A DNA stretch of 64,000 nucleotides, from positions 2,880,001 to 2,944,000 of the forward strand of contig CAXXMB010000002.1 of NCBI GenBank assembly GCA_963668675.2, written 5' to 3'. The stretch's first letter is position 1, and each line of letters begins with the position of its first letter. The DNA comes from an uncultured Desulfatitalea sp. (GTDB lineage: Bacteria; Desulfobacterota; Desulfobacteria; Desulfobacterales; Desulfosarcinaceae). The notes beneath the pieces were generated by a model. That model was not told the DNA's origin. It was given only the letters and a program-made list of their open reading frames with translations, and searched no databases. This document shows positions 9,342 to 20,972 of this stretch, piece by piece. Made by a program: the position numbers and the translations under genes.

Positions 9342-11021
9342 ATGACATACTCAATCATTGACGGGTGCCCATCAACATCGGGAGACGATTATCCATTAAA
9401 TACATCCACTATAATAAAAAGTGCTGCCAGAACTTATCCAGAAGTAGAAATAGTGTCGCGTAATGACAACGATACAATTTTTCGCTACAATTACAAACAG
9501 GCATACGAAAGGATAAAGAAACTTGCTAATGCGTTAGTTGAAATGGGAGTAAAGCCAGGGGATCGGATTGGGGTCATAGAATGGAATACCTACCGGCATT
9601 TTGAATTGTATTTTGCAATCTCAGGAATCGGCGCTGTCGTTCTCCAACTAAACATAAGACTTTCACCAACAGATTTAGCTTATGTGATAAACCATAGTGA
9701 GGCCAAGTTTATCTTTGTTGGCGAAACGCTCTTGCAGACAGTCGAAGCTGTATCTAATCAAATCAAAACAGTCAAAGGCTATGTGATAATTACCGATAAA
9801 GATTTAAATGAAATTCCAACAAGTCTTTACCCTATTATGAGTTATGAAAGAATTTTAGAACAAAATGACTCAACTCTTGAATGGCCTATGATTAATGAAA
9901 CCTCGAGTTATAGTGCCTGTTATACTTCTGGGACAACTGGAAAGCCAAAGGGAGTATACTACTCACATCGATGCATCTATCTCCATACAATGGTAATGAT
10001 TATGGGTAATAAGATCTGCTTGAATGATGTAATTATGCAGACAGTTCCCATGTTTCATTGCCATGGTTGGGGTATTTGGTTGAGCGCTCCCATGGTAGGC
10101 GCAAAAATAGTCTTTCCGGGACGATACACCATGGAAACCACAAACATTATAGTTGATCTCATGATTTCTGAAAAGGTTACATTTAACGGAGGTGCGCCGT
10201 CCATTTTTATGCCGATGCTAGACTATATACGCACCCTACCAAAAAAGCCCAACTTTTCAGGACTTCGTATGGTCTCTGGTGCAACAGAAGCTCCGTTGTC
10301 GATGATGCGGGATTATTGGGACTTAGGAAACGTCGAAATTGTTCATGGCTATGGAGCTACGGAGACTACGCCCTTCGTACTTGTAAACTATCTTAAACCA
10401 ACTATTAAGGGGTGGACCCAGGAGAAACAATGGAATAACCAAAAAAAACAAGGCCTTCCATTATGCGGACTCGATCTGAAAATAGTTGACGCAGACGGTA
10501 ATGAGGTACCAAAAGACGGAATCACCGTTGGTGAGCTACTTATCAGAGGACCATGGATTACAAAAAGCTATTACAATGATGATCGAACTAATGAATGTTT
10601 TGAAAATGGTTACTGGAAAAGCGGTGATTCTGGAACAGTTGATGAACACGGCTATGTAAAGATTACTGACAGAATTAAGGATGTGATCAAAAGCGGTGGA
10701 GAATGGATTTCATCTATTGATCTTGAGAACGCGATTATGTGTCACAAGGATGTAAAAGAAGCTTGCGTTGTTGGCCTCATCCACCCCAAATGGCAAGAAC
10801 GTCCAGTCGCATTTGTCGTTCTCCGGAATAATACAATTAAAAATGTGACCAAAAAAGATATTTTGAGTTATATAGGAAGTCAGTTCGCCAAATGGCAACT
10901 TCCTGACGAAGTACTATTTGTTGATGAATTACCAAAGACGAGCGTAGGAAAACTGGATAAAAAAGTTCTTCGTGCAAAATTCAATGACTTTTTTTTGAAT
11001 AAAACCCCTGTAACATTGTGA
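9342..11021 (+). CDS. Fatty-acid--CoA ligase (AlkK/DmdB-like)
   Basis: YTSGTTGKPKG, YGATE, DVIKSGGEWISS, PKTSVGK. Confidence 0.93.
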   Translation: MTYSIIDGCPSTSGDDYPLNTSTIIKSAARTYPEVEIVSRNDNDTIFRYNYKQAYERIKKLANALVEMGVKPGDRIGVIEWNTYRHFELYFAISGIGAVVLQLNIRLSPTDLAYVINHSEAKFIFVGETLLQTVEAVSNQIKTVKGYVIITDKDLNEIPTSLYPIMSYERILEQNDSTLEWPMINETSSYSACYTSGTTGKPKGVYYSHRCIYLHTMVMIMGNKICLNDVIMQTVPMFHCHGWGIWLSAPMVGAKIVFPGRYTMETTNIIVDLMISEKVTFNGGAPSIFMPMLDYIRTLPKKPNFSGLRMVSGATEAPLSMMRDYWDLGNVEIVHGYGATETTPFVLVNYLKPTIKGWTQEKQWNNQKKQGLPLCGLDLKIVDADGNEVPKDGITVGELLIRGPWITKSYYNDDRTNECFENGYWKSGDSGTVDEHGYVKITDRIKDVIKSGGEWISSIDLENAIMCHKDVKEACVVGLIHPKWQERPVAFVVLRNNTIKNVTKKDILSYIGSQFAKWQLPDEVLFVDELPKTSVGKLDKKVLRAKFNDFFLNKTPVTL

Positions 11022-11083
11022 TGTGTGATGAATCATTAAAAATCTTCCAAAACGGAAAATGTCGAGCTTAAAGGATATTAAAA

Positions 11084-11938
11084 ATGAATATCATCAAAGT
11101 AGCTGTCATTGGATCAGGTATAATGGGTAATGGTATCGCACAGGTTTTTGCGACCGGTGGATATCAAGTGACCTTAAATGATGTAAACCAAGATATGTTA
11201 GGTAGAGCACAGAAGAACATAAAAGGTAGCCTGGAAAGGTTAATAAAAAAAGAAAAAATATCTGAAAAGGAAAGTAATATGATATTTAAAAGGCTATCTT
11301 TTACAAAGAATTTAGAAGTCGCAGTCAAAGACGCAGATTACATAATCGAGGCAATAACTGAAAATATTGAAACGAAACTTGAAACGTTTGAGAAAATTGA
11401 CCGATTATCTCCGCCACACGCGATAATAGGTAGCAATACTTCTCAATATAGTATAACTAAACTAGCAACCGTGACAAATAGAGCATCCCAAGTTATTGGG
11501 ACTCATTTTTTCAATCCACCTGTTATAATGAAGATTGTCGAAATTGTTAAAGGGATTCAAACGTCTGAAGACACTATCAACACAACACTTAAATTTGTAA
11601 TGAGTATCGAGAAAGAAGCAATTGTTTGTTTAGATTCCCCCGGTTTTATTACAAGCCGTTTAATAAACCTCTTTTGTAATGAGGCAGAAAAGATCGTTGA
11701 GGAAGGGATTGCCAGTCGTGAAGATGTGGATAAAGCATGCAGACTAGCTTTTAACCATCCTATGGGCCCTATGGAATTGAGTGATTTTTCTGGACTCGAT
11801 ACGAGGTTAATGGCATCAAAAGGTTTAGAAGAAGGGATCGGTGAACGTTTCAAGCCTACAAGGACTTTGAGGAATTATGTAAACGCAGGTCACCTTGGAA
11901 GAAAAAGTGGAAAAGGTTTTTATTCCTATGAGAAATAA
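11084..11938 (+). CDS. 3-hydroxyacyl-CoA dehydrogenase
   Basis: GSGIMGNGIA, HFFNPP, HPMGP, GRKSGKGFY. Confidence 0.95.
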   Translation: MNIIKVAVIGSGIMGNGIAQVFATGGYQVTLNDVNQDMLGRAQKNIKGSLERLIKKEKISEKESNMIFKRLSFTKNLEVAVKDADYIIEAITENIETKLETFEKIDRLSPPHAIIGSNTSQYSITKLATVTNRASQVIGTHFFNPPVIMKIVEIVKGIQTSEDTINTTLKFVMSIEKEAIVCLDSPGFITSRLINLFCNEAEKIVEEGIASREDVDKACRLAFNHPMGPMELSDFSGLDTRLMASKGLEEGIGERFKPTRTLRNYVNAGHLGRKSGKGFYSYEK

Positions 11939-11974
11939 ATAATTAAGTAATTAGCTAAGAAATAGGAAAATCTT

Positions 11975-12835
11975 ATGCTTATAAGCCAGATAATATTACT
12001 CGGGTTATTCAAAGGCAGCGTTTATTCACTCATTGCAATTGGTTTTACCTTGATTTTTGGCGTTGCCAGAATACTCAACTTAGGGCATGGTACATTCTAT
12101 ATGTTGGGAGCATATTTCACATACAGCTTGGCAATCAATTTTCATCTATCCCCATTAAACAGTCTAATTGCAAGTTGTTTGCTTGTAGGTTCTATTGGCA
12201 TGGGGTTTTATTATTTCATCATAAGGAAACTACAATCTAATGAATCATACGTTTTGGTGATTACCTTAGCATTTGCACTATTAGGACAGTATGCAATTTT
12301 CGCAGTTTATGGCAGTAAAGCTCGTCATGTCAGCAGTTTTTTATTAGGTAGTATCAATTTATTCGGAGTTAATTTTGCCTATCAGAGGTTATTTATTTTA
12401 CTTGTATTCTTAATAGCTACTGCAGCAGTATTGTTATTTTTAAAAGCTACCTCATTCGGAAAAGCAATCCGGGCACTGGCCCAAAATGAAAACGCTGCGA
12501 TTTTGATGGGAATTGATCCCCCTAAAATGTTTACTGCTACATTTGGTATAGCTTCATTTTTAGCTGCACTTGCTGGAGGAATTATATCACCTATATGGAG
12601 CGTTGATCCCACTATGTGGTTCTTTCCGCTTATTAAGGCTTTTTCTATTGTTGTATTAGGAGGACTTGGAAGTATACCTGGTAGTATAATAGGTGCGTTT
12701 ACCTTGGGATATGCAGAAACAATAACTAGCCTAGTTATTAGCGATTATTTATCGAATATGGTATCCCTAGTTATTTTGATAATTGTGCTTTTAGTTAAAC
12801 CAACCGGAATAATGGGCGGGACACTTAGAAGGTGA
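11975..12835 (+). CDS. Liv-type ABC transporter permease (LivH-like)
   Basis: GFTLIFGV..LNLGHG, GKAIRA, LGGLGSIPG. Confidence 0.92.
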   Translation: MLISQIILLGLFKGSVYSLIAIGFTLIFGVARILNLGHGTFYMLGAYFTYSLAINFHLSPLNSLIASCLLVGSIGMGFYYFIIRKLQSNESYVLVITLAFALLGQYAIFAVYGSKARHVSSFLLGSINLFGVNFAYQRLFILLVFLIATAAVLLFLKATSFGKAIRALAQNENAAILMGIDPPKMFTATFGIASFLAALAGGIISPIWSVDPTMWFFPLIKAFSIVVLGGLGSIPGSIIGAFTLGYAETITSLVISDYLSNMVSLVILIIVLLVKPTGIMGGTLRR

Positions 12836-13803
12836 TTAAGGAGATTATTTTGTACGAAAAATGCCCCTTCTCAGCTTTGTTTCTATTTATAGTCTTATTG
12901 TCGCTACCTTTTTTTACAGGTAGTTATTATATTTGGCAGATAATCACGATAGCCAGTATTTATTCAGTCTGGGCTATGAGTTGGGATATCTTTTCAGGCT
13001 ATACAGGACAAATAAGCTTCGGTCACGCTTTTTTTATAGGAGTAGGTGGTTTTCTTTCTGCGATTATAAATAAAAGGTTTGGGATCGATCCATGGTTTAC
13101 TATTTTAATGGGAACTTTTGTTTCAGGCTTCTTAGGACTTATCGTCGGAATACTTACTCTAAGGTTGCGGGGACCATATTTTGCGATGATTACTTTGGCT
13201 CTGAATCTCTTTATTAGCCAATTAGCACTGATACTATGGAAATTTACAGGTGGTGAAGAGGGCATTCCAGGTCTTGATGTACTAACCGAATCTCCCTTGA
13301 ATGACTATTATGCGGCTTTGATTTTATGTATCGCATCTTATCTATTTCTTACATTGATAACCAGGTCTAAACACGGGACAATTTTAATTTCTATTCGGGA
13401 AAACTTGGATGTGGCTGAAGCTTGTGGTATAAATACTACTTTATACAAGGTCATAGCGTTTGGTATAAGTGCCAGCATGGCAGGCGCTGCCGGCGGATTT
13501 CACGTCCATTTGCAAATGCATGCAAGCTACGATTTACTTCAGGTAATGCTTTCTTCGATGATTCTTATCATGTGCTTGTTTGGAGGGATAGGATCTATCA
13601 CTGGGCCTCTTTTCGGTGCTTATAGCATATTTTTGTTAAACGAGATGCTTAGAGAATTTTCAGAGTACCGCATGCTAATTTTTACATTAATATTATTTTT
13701 TACTATTCTGTATATTCCCAATGGTATATTTATTACCTTAAAACAAAATTTTGAAAGAGTCTGGGAAGAATATAAAGTAAAAAAATTGCAACCGCCTGCC
13801 TAA
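12832..13803 (+). CDS. Liv-type ABC transporter permease (LivM-like)
   Basis: GYTGQISFGHA, LRLRGPYFA, TGGEEG. Confidence 0.92.
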   Translation: MIKEIILYEKCPFSALFLFIVLLSLPFFTGSYYIWQIITIASIYSVWAMSWDIFSGYTGQISFGHAFFIGVGGFLSAIINKRFGIDPWFTILMGTFVSGFLGLIVGILTLRLRGPYFAMITLALNLFISQLALILWKFTGGEEGIPGLDVLTESPLNDYYAALILCIASYLFLTLITRSKHGTILISIRENLDVAEACGINTTLYKVIAFGISASMAGAAGGFHVHLQMHASYDLLQVMLSSMILIMCLFGGIGSITGPLFGAYSIFLLNEMLREFSEYRMLIFTLILFFTILYIPNGIFITLKQNFERVWEEYKVKKLQPPA

Positions 13804-13830
13804 CCCACTATTTTTATAATAGGTATTTAA

Positions 13831-14568
13831 ATGGTAGATTTTATTTTAAAGACTTTAGATTTAAGTAAAAATTTCGGAGGTATTACTGCAATTAATAATG
13901 CAAATGTAGAAATCCCTTACAAAGGAGTAACCGGTATAATCGGCCCAAACGGTGCTGGTAAAACCACTTTTTTTAACCTTCTTTCCGGGTTTTTGAGGCC
14001 AACTTCTGGAAAGATTATTTTTGAAAATAGGGATATTACAAATTTAAAACCTCACAAGATCGCCCGCGCGGGCTTATCTAGAAGTTTTCAAATTGCAAAT
14101 CTATTTCCGAACATGACTATCGAGGAAACGGTTTTAATCCCTTTACTAAGTTCTTCTAATGCAAACTATAAATCCATCAAAGCTTTAAGAAAAAGAACAT
14201 ACCATTTATTGCAGTCTATAGAATTAGAGCAGAGAAAAAACACTTTGGTCAAAGATTTAACACAAGGTGAATTAAAGATCCTTGATCTTATTCGAGCTGT
14301 GAGCAGTGAACCGAAATTATTACTTTTAGATGAACCATTTGCGGGACTTGGACATCAAACTATCATTCAATTGACAAAAATCATCGCGGAATTAAGAAAA
14401 AAAACTACGGTAATCATAATAGAGCACAAGCTTAGGGAACTTCTAAATCTTGTGGACAGGATAATAGTTGTTAATTTTGGCGTTATAATTGCTGATGATT
14501 TGCCAGAGCAGATAATTAAAAATCAGGATGTAATCGATTCATATCTTGGAAAAGAGGAATTAAAATAA
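13831..14568 (+). CDS. Liv-type ABC transporter ATPase (LivG-like)
   Basis: GPNGAGKTT, LLLDEP, IEH. Confidence 0.93.
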   Translation: MVDFILKTLDLSKNFGGITAINNANVEIPYKGVTGIIGPNGAGKTTFFNLLSGFLRPTSGKIIFENRDITNLKPHKIARAGLSRSFQIANLFPNMTIEETVLIPLLSSSNANYKSIKALRKRTYHLLQSIELEQRKNTLVKDLTQGELKILDLIRAVSSEPKLLLLDEPFAGLGHQTIIQLTKIIAELRKKTTVIIIEHKLRELLNLVDRIIVVNFGVIIADDLPEQIIKNQDVIDSYLGKEELK

Positions 14569-14571
14569 AAA

Positions 14572-15282
14572 ATGCTTAAAATCGAGAAGCTAGAATCATA
14601 TATAGGAAAAGCGCAAATACTACACATGGTTGATATGGAAGTTGCAAATAATGAAATTGTATGTGTTATAGGTCCTAACGGCGCTGGGAAGACAACTTTA
14701 TTAAATACGATTTCTGGATTAGTAAAGTTTTCTGGGAATATTTCCTTTATGAATAAAAATATGAACAATCAAAAACCTAAGGAAATTGTTAAGTCTGGAA
14801 TAATACATTGTCCTGAAGGAAGGCTCTTGTTCCCTGAAATGACTGTTTTAGAAAATCTACAAATGGGAGCATTTTTGAGAAAAGACGAACAACAGATAAA
14901 AAATGATTTACAAATGGTCTATAGGCTATTCCCCAGATTACAAGAGAGAACAAATCAAACTGCATCTACCTTATCTGGTGGAGAGCAGCAAATGTTAGCA
15001 ATAGCCAGATCTTTAATGGGAAAGCCACGACTCTTAATGCTTGATGAGCCCAGCTTCGGTCTAGCACCAGTGGTAAGAAATAATATTTTCGAAGCAATAC
15101 GTAAAATAGTAGATGAAAATGAAATTACGGTTCTATTAGTTGAGCAAAATGTTCATGCTGCAGCAGAAATAGCAAAAAGATTTTATGTTCTTGAGGTTGG
15201 TGAAATAAAATTTCAAGGTGACAAGAGAGAACTTTTACAAAATCATGACTTGGTCGAAGCCTATTTTGGAAAGGCCGCATAA
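14572..15282 (+). CDS. Liv-type ABC transporter ATPase (LivF-like)
   Basis: GPNGAGKTT, LSGGEQQMLA, LDEPS, VEQN. Confidence 0.93.
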   Translation: MLKIEKLESYIGKAQILHMVDMEVANNEIVCVIGPNGAGKTTLLNTISGLVKFSGNISFMNKNMNNQKPKEIVKSGIIHCPEGRLLFPEMTVLENLQMGAFLRKDEQQIKNDLQMVYRLFPRLQERTNQTASTLSGGEQQMLAIARSLMGKPRLLMLDEPSFGLAPVVRNNIFEAIRKIVDENEITVLLVEQNVHAAAEIAKRFYVLEVGEIKFQGDKRELLQNHDLVEAYFGKAA

Positions 15283-15463
15283 TGAAAACGATACAAGGCC
15301 ATACGCTAAACCAAATATAAAATACTCTGCATTTTGGCTAAAATCAAACTGAATGCCTTTCCTAACGATATAAAGAGGCGTTAGTGCCTGCTGGACTGTT
15401 AAGAGGAAGAGTCTTAAATAAGTAGATAGAAAGTGTATAATTTATTCGTTTAGATAAAATTTA

Positions 15464-16589
15464 TTAACCCGGAAACTTAATATACGAATCATGCTACGTA
15501 GGATATTTTTGTGTATTAGAAGTATTTCTCAACACGTTTCGGCTTTTCTCGAAGCATACGCAAATGCGCTATTGCCTTGCTTCTTAATTGCGATTCGGAC
15601 CTTGCAGGAGCACCAGAGTGTACCCCTGCTTTCAGGTCACAATTTAAATATTCATCGGGGTTAAGTTCCGGCGAATATAATGGGAAAAAGAACAGTTTTA
15701 TTTGACCTTCTCGCGCTTGAAACCAATCCTTAACGAAATGACTATGATGAACGCGCAAGTTGTCCAATATATGGTAAATCTTCTGACCAGCGTCCTTTAT
15801 CAACCGCTTGCAGAACTTGATAAACGTTTGGCCATTCATCGCTTTGGTATAGACCACAAAACGAACTTTACTTTGATTCGTGATCGAGGAGATCAAATTA
15901 ACCCTTTCACGTTTTGCATTAAGCCGGATGGCTGGGGTTTTTCCTTTCGGTGCATAGCTTCTACCATGCTGACTATCATTGCGCAGGCCCGTTTCATCCC
16001 CGCAGTGAATTTATGCTATTTCCTTCCTTGCCTCAGCCACAATCGTTGGATACTCTTCCTCAAGCCATTTTTTTACCGACTTAGGATTTTGTTCATATTC
16101 GCGACGCAATGGCTTCTGAGGGGTAAACCCCCATCGCTTGAGATATTCACCTACCGTTCTAATCGGAACTTCAACGCAAGAAATTTGCTTGTTCAGCTCT
16201 TTGACAGCTTGGCGGGTTCAAAGCGCAAAGGGAAATTTAAGCTGATTTGGCGTTTTATCGGTAATTGCCCGCTTCACCCGTTGTTCCTGTTCGGGGCTAA
16301 GCGTCCTGTTAATGCCTTCAGGACGTCAACATTTTTTACCTTTTACGGCTTTATAACCACCCTTTTCGTACTTTTTATATATACTGCAAGCTGTAGATTT
16401 TTGGATACCGATCAGATCACTTATTTCCTGATAGGTTTTTCCAGATTTACGCAATCTGATTACTTGATTTTGAATCAGCTGCTGTGCTTCTGTTGTCAGT
16501 GTGCGTGCATCTATTTTTTTCATGTACTCTCTATAACATTTTTAAAAGTATTTAACTATAATTATTCGCTTATCAAATTGCCGAGTCAA
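15464..16589 (-). mobile_element. IS630-family element with frameshifted transposase (about 16523-15516)
   Basis: Imperfect IRs TATTAACCCGGAAACTTAATA and revcomp TATTGACTCGGCAATTTGATA, bounded by TA; fragments MKKIDARTL...HTH and ILDNLRVHH...YSPELNPDE. Confidence 0.88.
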
Positions 16590-16639
16590 TAGCACTCGCG
16601 GTAAGGTCACAAAAACAATCAAAATGAATGGAGGCTAAA

Positions 16640-17872
16640 ATGTCGAACGTATCAGGTTTCAAGACAAAAACCATTTTTGCGAAATTTACAGTTGTGGCAA
16701 TTTTTGCATTACTATCGTCGCAAGCTCTTGCTGATGAAACCATAAAAATTGGAGTTCTAGCACCTTTTCATGCTGTTGCTGGCGAGGGGCAAATTGAGGC
16801 CTCGAAACTTGCGGTAGAAGAAATAAACGATAGAGGGGGCATAAACGGCAAAAAGATAGAACTTATCCTTGCTGACACTGAACTTAACGCTGAAAAAGCA
16901 ATTGCTGCGCTTAGTAAATTGGCAGTTTCTGATAAGGTCGTTGCTGCCGCAGGTATATATTCAAGTGGGGTCACAGCAGCTATTCAGCCATATTTGTCGC
17001 GTTTTAAGTTGCCTTTCATCGGGACAGCATCCGCATCACCTACTCTAACAGAGAATGTTTCTAAAGACTATGAAAAATTTAAATACTATTTTCGATTGAT
17101 GAATCATGCACATCGTGAGAATGCATTTGTTTTATCATTTATAGAAGATGTGCTTGTAAAAGACCACGGAATACAAAAATATGCTATTATTTCTGAACAA
17201 GCAAAATGGGCTGAGGATTTTATTCCCTGGATGGAAAAAAGACTCAAAGACAGAGGATTAGAGGTCGTTTACACAACTTATTTCGATATCCACACCAAAG
17301 ACTATTCTCCAATATTTAATCGTATAAAATCGAGTGGTGCAGAATTCATAATTAGCAACATAGCGATTGCTCCTGGCGAGGCCATATCAAAAGCCTGGTA
17401 CGAAGCGAAATCAGCACCTATGGGCGGAGCAAATGTTAGCGCAATGAGATCTGATTATTGGGAAAAGACACAAAGGCAATGTTTGACTGAAAGTACCTAC
17501 ATTTTGGGAGGTTTTAATATACCGATTTCATCCAGAACACAGCCATTTTGGGAAAAATATAAAGAGAGATACGGGAGAACTCCAGAGTATGCCGCATTTT
17601 ATACTTATGATGCAATTTACATACTCGCAGACTCGATAGGAAGGGCTACATCCCTCAAAGGCGATGATATTGTCAAGGCAATCGAAACTGTGAAAATTAC
17701 TGGAGCCACCGGTCTAATTGAATGGGACAAGAGCCACGATCCTATTGAGGGTGAAGGACGTCCGAAACCATACATGTTGCAATGGCAAGAACAAGGAATA
17801 CCTAAAATTATTTATCCGAAAGATATATCAACTGGCAACTTCATGTTTCCATCATGGTTTTCAAAAAAATAA
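16640..17872 (+). CDS. Liv-type ABC transporter substrate-binding protein
   Basis: Signal peptide, then IKIGVLAP...AVEEINDRGGINGKKIEL; GGAGG RBS before ATG 16640. Confidence 0.92.
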   Translation: MSNVSGFKTKTIFAKFTVVAIFALLSSQALADETIKIGVLAPFHAVAGEGQIEASKLAVEEINDRGGINGKKIELILADTELNAEKAIAALSKLAVSDKVVAAAGIYSSGVTAAIQPYLSRFKLPFIGTASASPTLTENVSKDYEKFKYYFRLMNHAHRENAFVLSFIEDVLVKDHGIQKYAIISEQAKWAEDFIPWMEKRLKDRGLEVVYTTYFDIHTKDYSPIFNRIKSSGAEFIISNIAIAPGEAISKAWYEAKSAPMGGANVSAMRSDYWEKTQRQCLTESTYILGGFNIPISSRTQPFWEKYKERYGRTPEYAAFYTYDAIYILADSIGRATSLKGDDIVKAIETVKITGATGLIEWDKSHDPIEGEGRPKPYMLQWQEQGIPKIIYPKDISTGNFMFPSWFSKK

Positions 17873-18815
17873 ATACATAGATAAATTACAAGGAACTCTC
17901 AGGTTTGATTTTATCTATTTTAATAAGGCATGGAAATAGCATTAGTTTCGGTTTTGCACAAGTAATTGTTCTATGCTATCCCTTTTGGTTTGATGTAAAA
18001 ATTCAAGAGCAAAGCCTTTGTGGGGGAAGATGAAAGCCTCTCCAACCGTCAAACGCTCAAATACAAAATAAGAAGCATTCAATGCGATCCATTTAAGATT
18101 TACATTTAATATGTATCTAAAAAAAGCCTTAAAAAATAAATAAAATAAGTCATTTTGGAATGAAAATTAAATATTTCAGGTATTTTTCTAAAGCAATCTT
18201 AAGCTTTATTTCATTTTAATTTCTTCAACTATAGCATTTAGCAGTCAAGATAATCTATAAGGGATTTATAATTTTGTTAGCAACACAAGGAATATACTCG
18301 ATAATGGGCAAAACCGTGGATACTTATGCTAAAAAGCCTAAAGGCTATATAGTGTGAGGCGAGAGAAAAACCGCACTGACATAGAAAGCATACCGACAGG
18401 ACAGAAAGCAGAATCGTTTAGTTCAATGATTTAATATAGAGGAACTAATAAATCTGATGGAAAAGCATACAATACAAAATCGACATCTCATGGAAGGAGG
18501 TTTGGACAGGGATAACTGTTATTAGGGATGTTCGAAAAGGTGGTTACAAGTTAAACTATACCACGCGCATAGTCTTCTTTTCGGTGAATGGAAAGATGAG
18601 CATCACTATGTTAGTGTGTGGAAACATTCTATAGACTTATATACTTTCTAATAATTTATGTTTTTGACAATTACGCCGCCATACTAATGGGGTGATCAAG
18701 GTTAGCATAATAATCTTTAAAAAAGGGATAAACAACTCTACCTCATAGTAATTATGCATGTTATAGGCTAATTGTTTTTGCTGAAAATGATTTAAAGAAT
18801 ACTTTCGGGGGGAAT

Positions 18816-19595
18816 ATGGGGTCGCGTTATATAAATACTTATCGAAAAGGTAAGGTAGGATGGATTCAGTTTAACAGAATTGAAAGATTGAACGCCCTCA
18901 ATTCTGACGTGTTTAGAGATATAGAAGCTGCTATCACTGAATATGAAGAAGACGATAAGATCGCCGTTGTTATTATAAAAGGAAACAAAAATGTTTTTGT
19001 CGCCGGCGCCGATATTGATCATTTAGCCAGTATGAACGTAAAAGAAGCATATGCCTTAACAGATTTAAGCTTAAGAGTTCAGGAGAGGTTATCGGATTTA
19101 TCAAAGCCAACGATCGCAGCTATTGCCGGATACGCTCTAGGTGGCGGCTGTGAAATCGCCCTATGCTGTGATTTCAGAATTGCTGCTGAGAACGCTATAT
19201 TCGGCCAGCCTGAAATTAAGCTCGGTCTGATTCCAGGTGGTGGTGGAACTCAGCGTTTGTCAAGATTAGTAGGAATCGGACACGCCACAAGAATTATATT
19301 TTTAGGTGAGATGATAAAAGCAGACGAAGCTGTAAAAATCGGATTGGTAAACAAGGTGGTTTCTATTGACCAATTAGATTCTGAGACAGAAGTCCTTGCC
19401 TCTAAATTGATTCAGATGCCTACCATCGCACTTCGTGCTGCAAAAATCGCTATTCGAAAAGGATTAAACACTTCACTTAAAGACGGACTACAACTAGAGC
19501 AGGACCTATTTGCCATGCTCTTTGGTACAGAAGATCGAAAAGAAGGCCTATTTGCTTTTATGGAAAAACGACAACCAAGCTTTAAAGGTATTTAA
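18816..19595 (+). CDS. Enoyl-CoA hydratase (canonical crotonase)
   Basis: FVAGADI, ALGGGCE, GQPEIKLG..PGGGGTQRL (both catalytic Glu present). Confidence 0.95.
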   Translation: MGSRYINTYRKGKVGWIQFNRIERLNALNSDVFRDIEAAITEYEEDDKIAVVIIKGNKNVFVAGADIDHLASMNVKEAYALTDLSLRVQERLSDLSKPTIAAIAGYALGGGCEIALCCDFRIAAENAIFGQPEIKLGLIPGGGGTQRLSRLVGIGHATRIIFLGEMIKADEAVKIGLVNKVVSIDQLDSETEVLASKLIQMPTIALRAAKIAIRKGLNTSLKDGLQLEQDLFAMLFGTEDRKEGLFAFMEKRQPSFKGI

Positions 19596-20192
19596 AAAAT
19601 ATTCCCTATAATAATTTAACACCGTCAGCTTAATTAATTTTTCTAAAATTGAAAACTAGGCATATTTCCTTGATTATTGTTGGAATAATAATGTTAGACA
19701 TATTTACTTTTTACTGGAACTTGCATTTTCGCGCAAACTTTCTACGTTTTCCTTAAACCTTATTCACTTAGCTGGTATCGTATCTTAAGATCTATAACAT
19801 ATTATCGAAAACATTTTGTCATTTTCCAAAAAAATAATCAAAGAATTACATTAGATCTACCAGTTAGTCGATTCAATCTGCTATTCTAATGACTGGATAA
19901 TTGAAAATCATTTCGAACCACTTTCATTATAGATGTCCGGCAAATTATTTCGATATCTTTTTTGTCTATATTTTCTTGATAATGATTAGCGGCTATTTAA
20001 AAAACACATGTCACAAAAATCGTTAGTTTATCCGAAATGATCAATGTTAATGCACTACTTCCAAACCTTTTGGAATTCGGAGCCACTTTCGATAGCTTAT
20101 CATGGCTTTAAAGCAAGAGGATGAGACCCGAGCTCCATTAATCATTTGGGCATTATGGATAATTGCGTATTATTATTCTTAAGGAAATTATA

Positions 20193-20972
20193 ATGAAAAA
20201 TGAATCAATTTTGGTTCAAACGTCTGGTAACCACGTGGCCACCATTGCTTTAAATCGTCCGCAATTTCTTAATACTTTTACAGAAAGTATGGCTGAAAAA
20301 CTTTATAGAGCATTGGTATCTTTAGACAAGGATCCAAATATAAGAGTAATAATAGTTAGAGGAAATGGAAAAGCTTTTTGCGCTGGAATTGACATCACCA
20401 AATTAAAAAAAAATTCCGCCTCGGAATACAAGGAGTTTGGTGAAAAAATAGAACGCCCCTTGATTACAATTTCCGAACTTAAAAAGCCTGTAATAGCGCA
20501 GGTTCATGGCGTCGCAGCCGCAAATGGAATGGGACTTGTTGCGGCCGCGGATCTGGCTATTGCAGCTGATAATGCACGCATGGGCCTCACTGCGATCAAT
20601 GTCGGATTAAACTGTGTGGGACCGGTAATCCCCGTCTCCAAATCTATCGGTAGAAAAAAAACTCTCGAATTGCTTCTGTTTGGCAATTTGATAACTGCGC
20701 AGGAAGCGCTTGAACTTAACCTTATTAACATGGTGAGTCCCGAAAATGATTTGAATGAAACCACTATAGAATGGGCCGAAAAACTAGCCATGAAAAGCCC
20801 AATCGCTCTCCAGATTGCAAAAAGAGCCTTTTATAATTCCGAAGACATGGGCTACAAAAATCAATTCGATTACATGAATGAAAACTTCGCTAGATTATGT
20901 ACAACCTCTGACGCTAATGAAGGAATAAGTGCATTTTTAGAAAAGCGAAAACCTACATGGACCTTGAAATAG
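20193..20972 (+). CDS. Crotonase-superfamily protein lacking the catalytic glutamates (ECHDC3-like)
   Basis: FCAGID, AAANGMGL, GLTAINVGLNC. Confidence 0.88.
   Translation: MKNESILVQTSGNHVATIALNRPQFLNTFTESMAEKLYRALVSLDKDPNIRVIIVRGNGKAFCAGIDITKLKKNSASEYKEFGEKIERPLITISELKKPVIAQVHGVAAANGMGLVAAADLAIAADNARMGLTAINVGLNCVGPVIPVSKSIGRKKTLELLLFGNLITAQEALELNLINMVSPENDLNETTIEWAEKLAMKSPIALQIAKRAFYNSEDMGYKNQFDYMNENFARLCTTSDANEGISAFLEKRKPTWTLK

Noticed and set aside
15702..16592. 296-aa plus-strand ORF
   Set aside because: Antisense shadow of the IS630 transposase with non-protein-like composition.
18300..18360. GGCAAAACC...CTAAAG resembling a c-di-GMP-I riboswitch
   Set aside because: Lacks the GNRA-capped P2 stem and the GACGCAAA junction; no convincing pairing.
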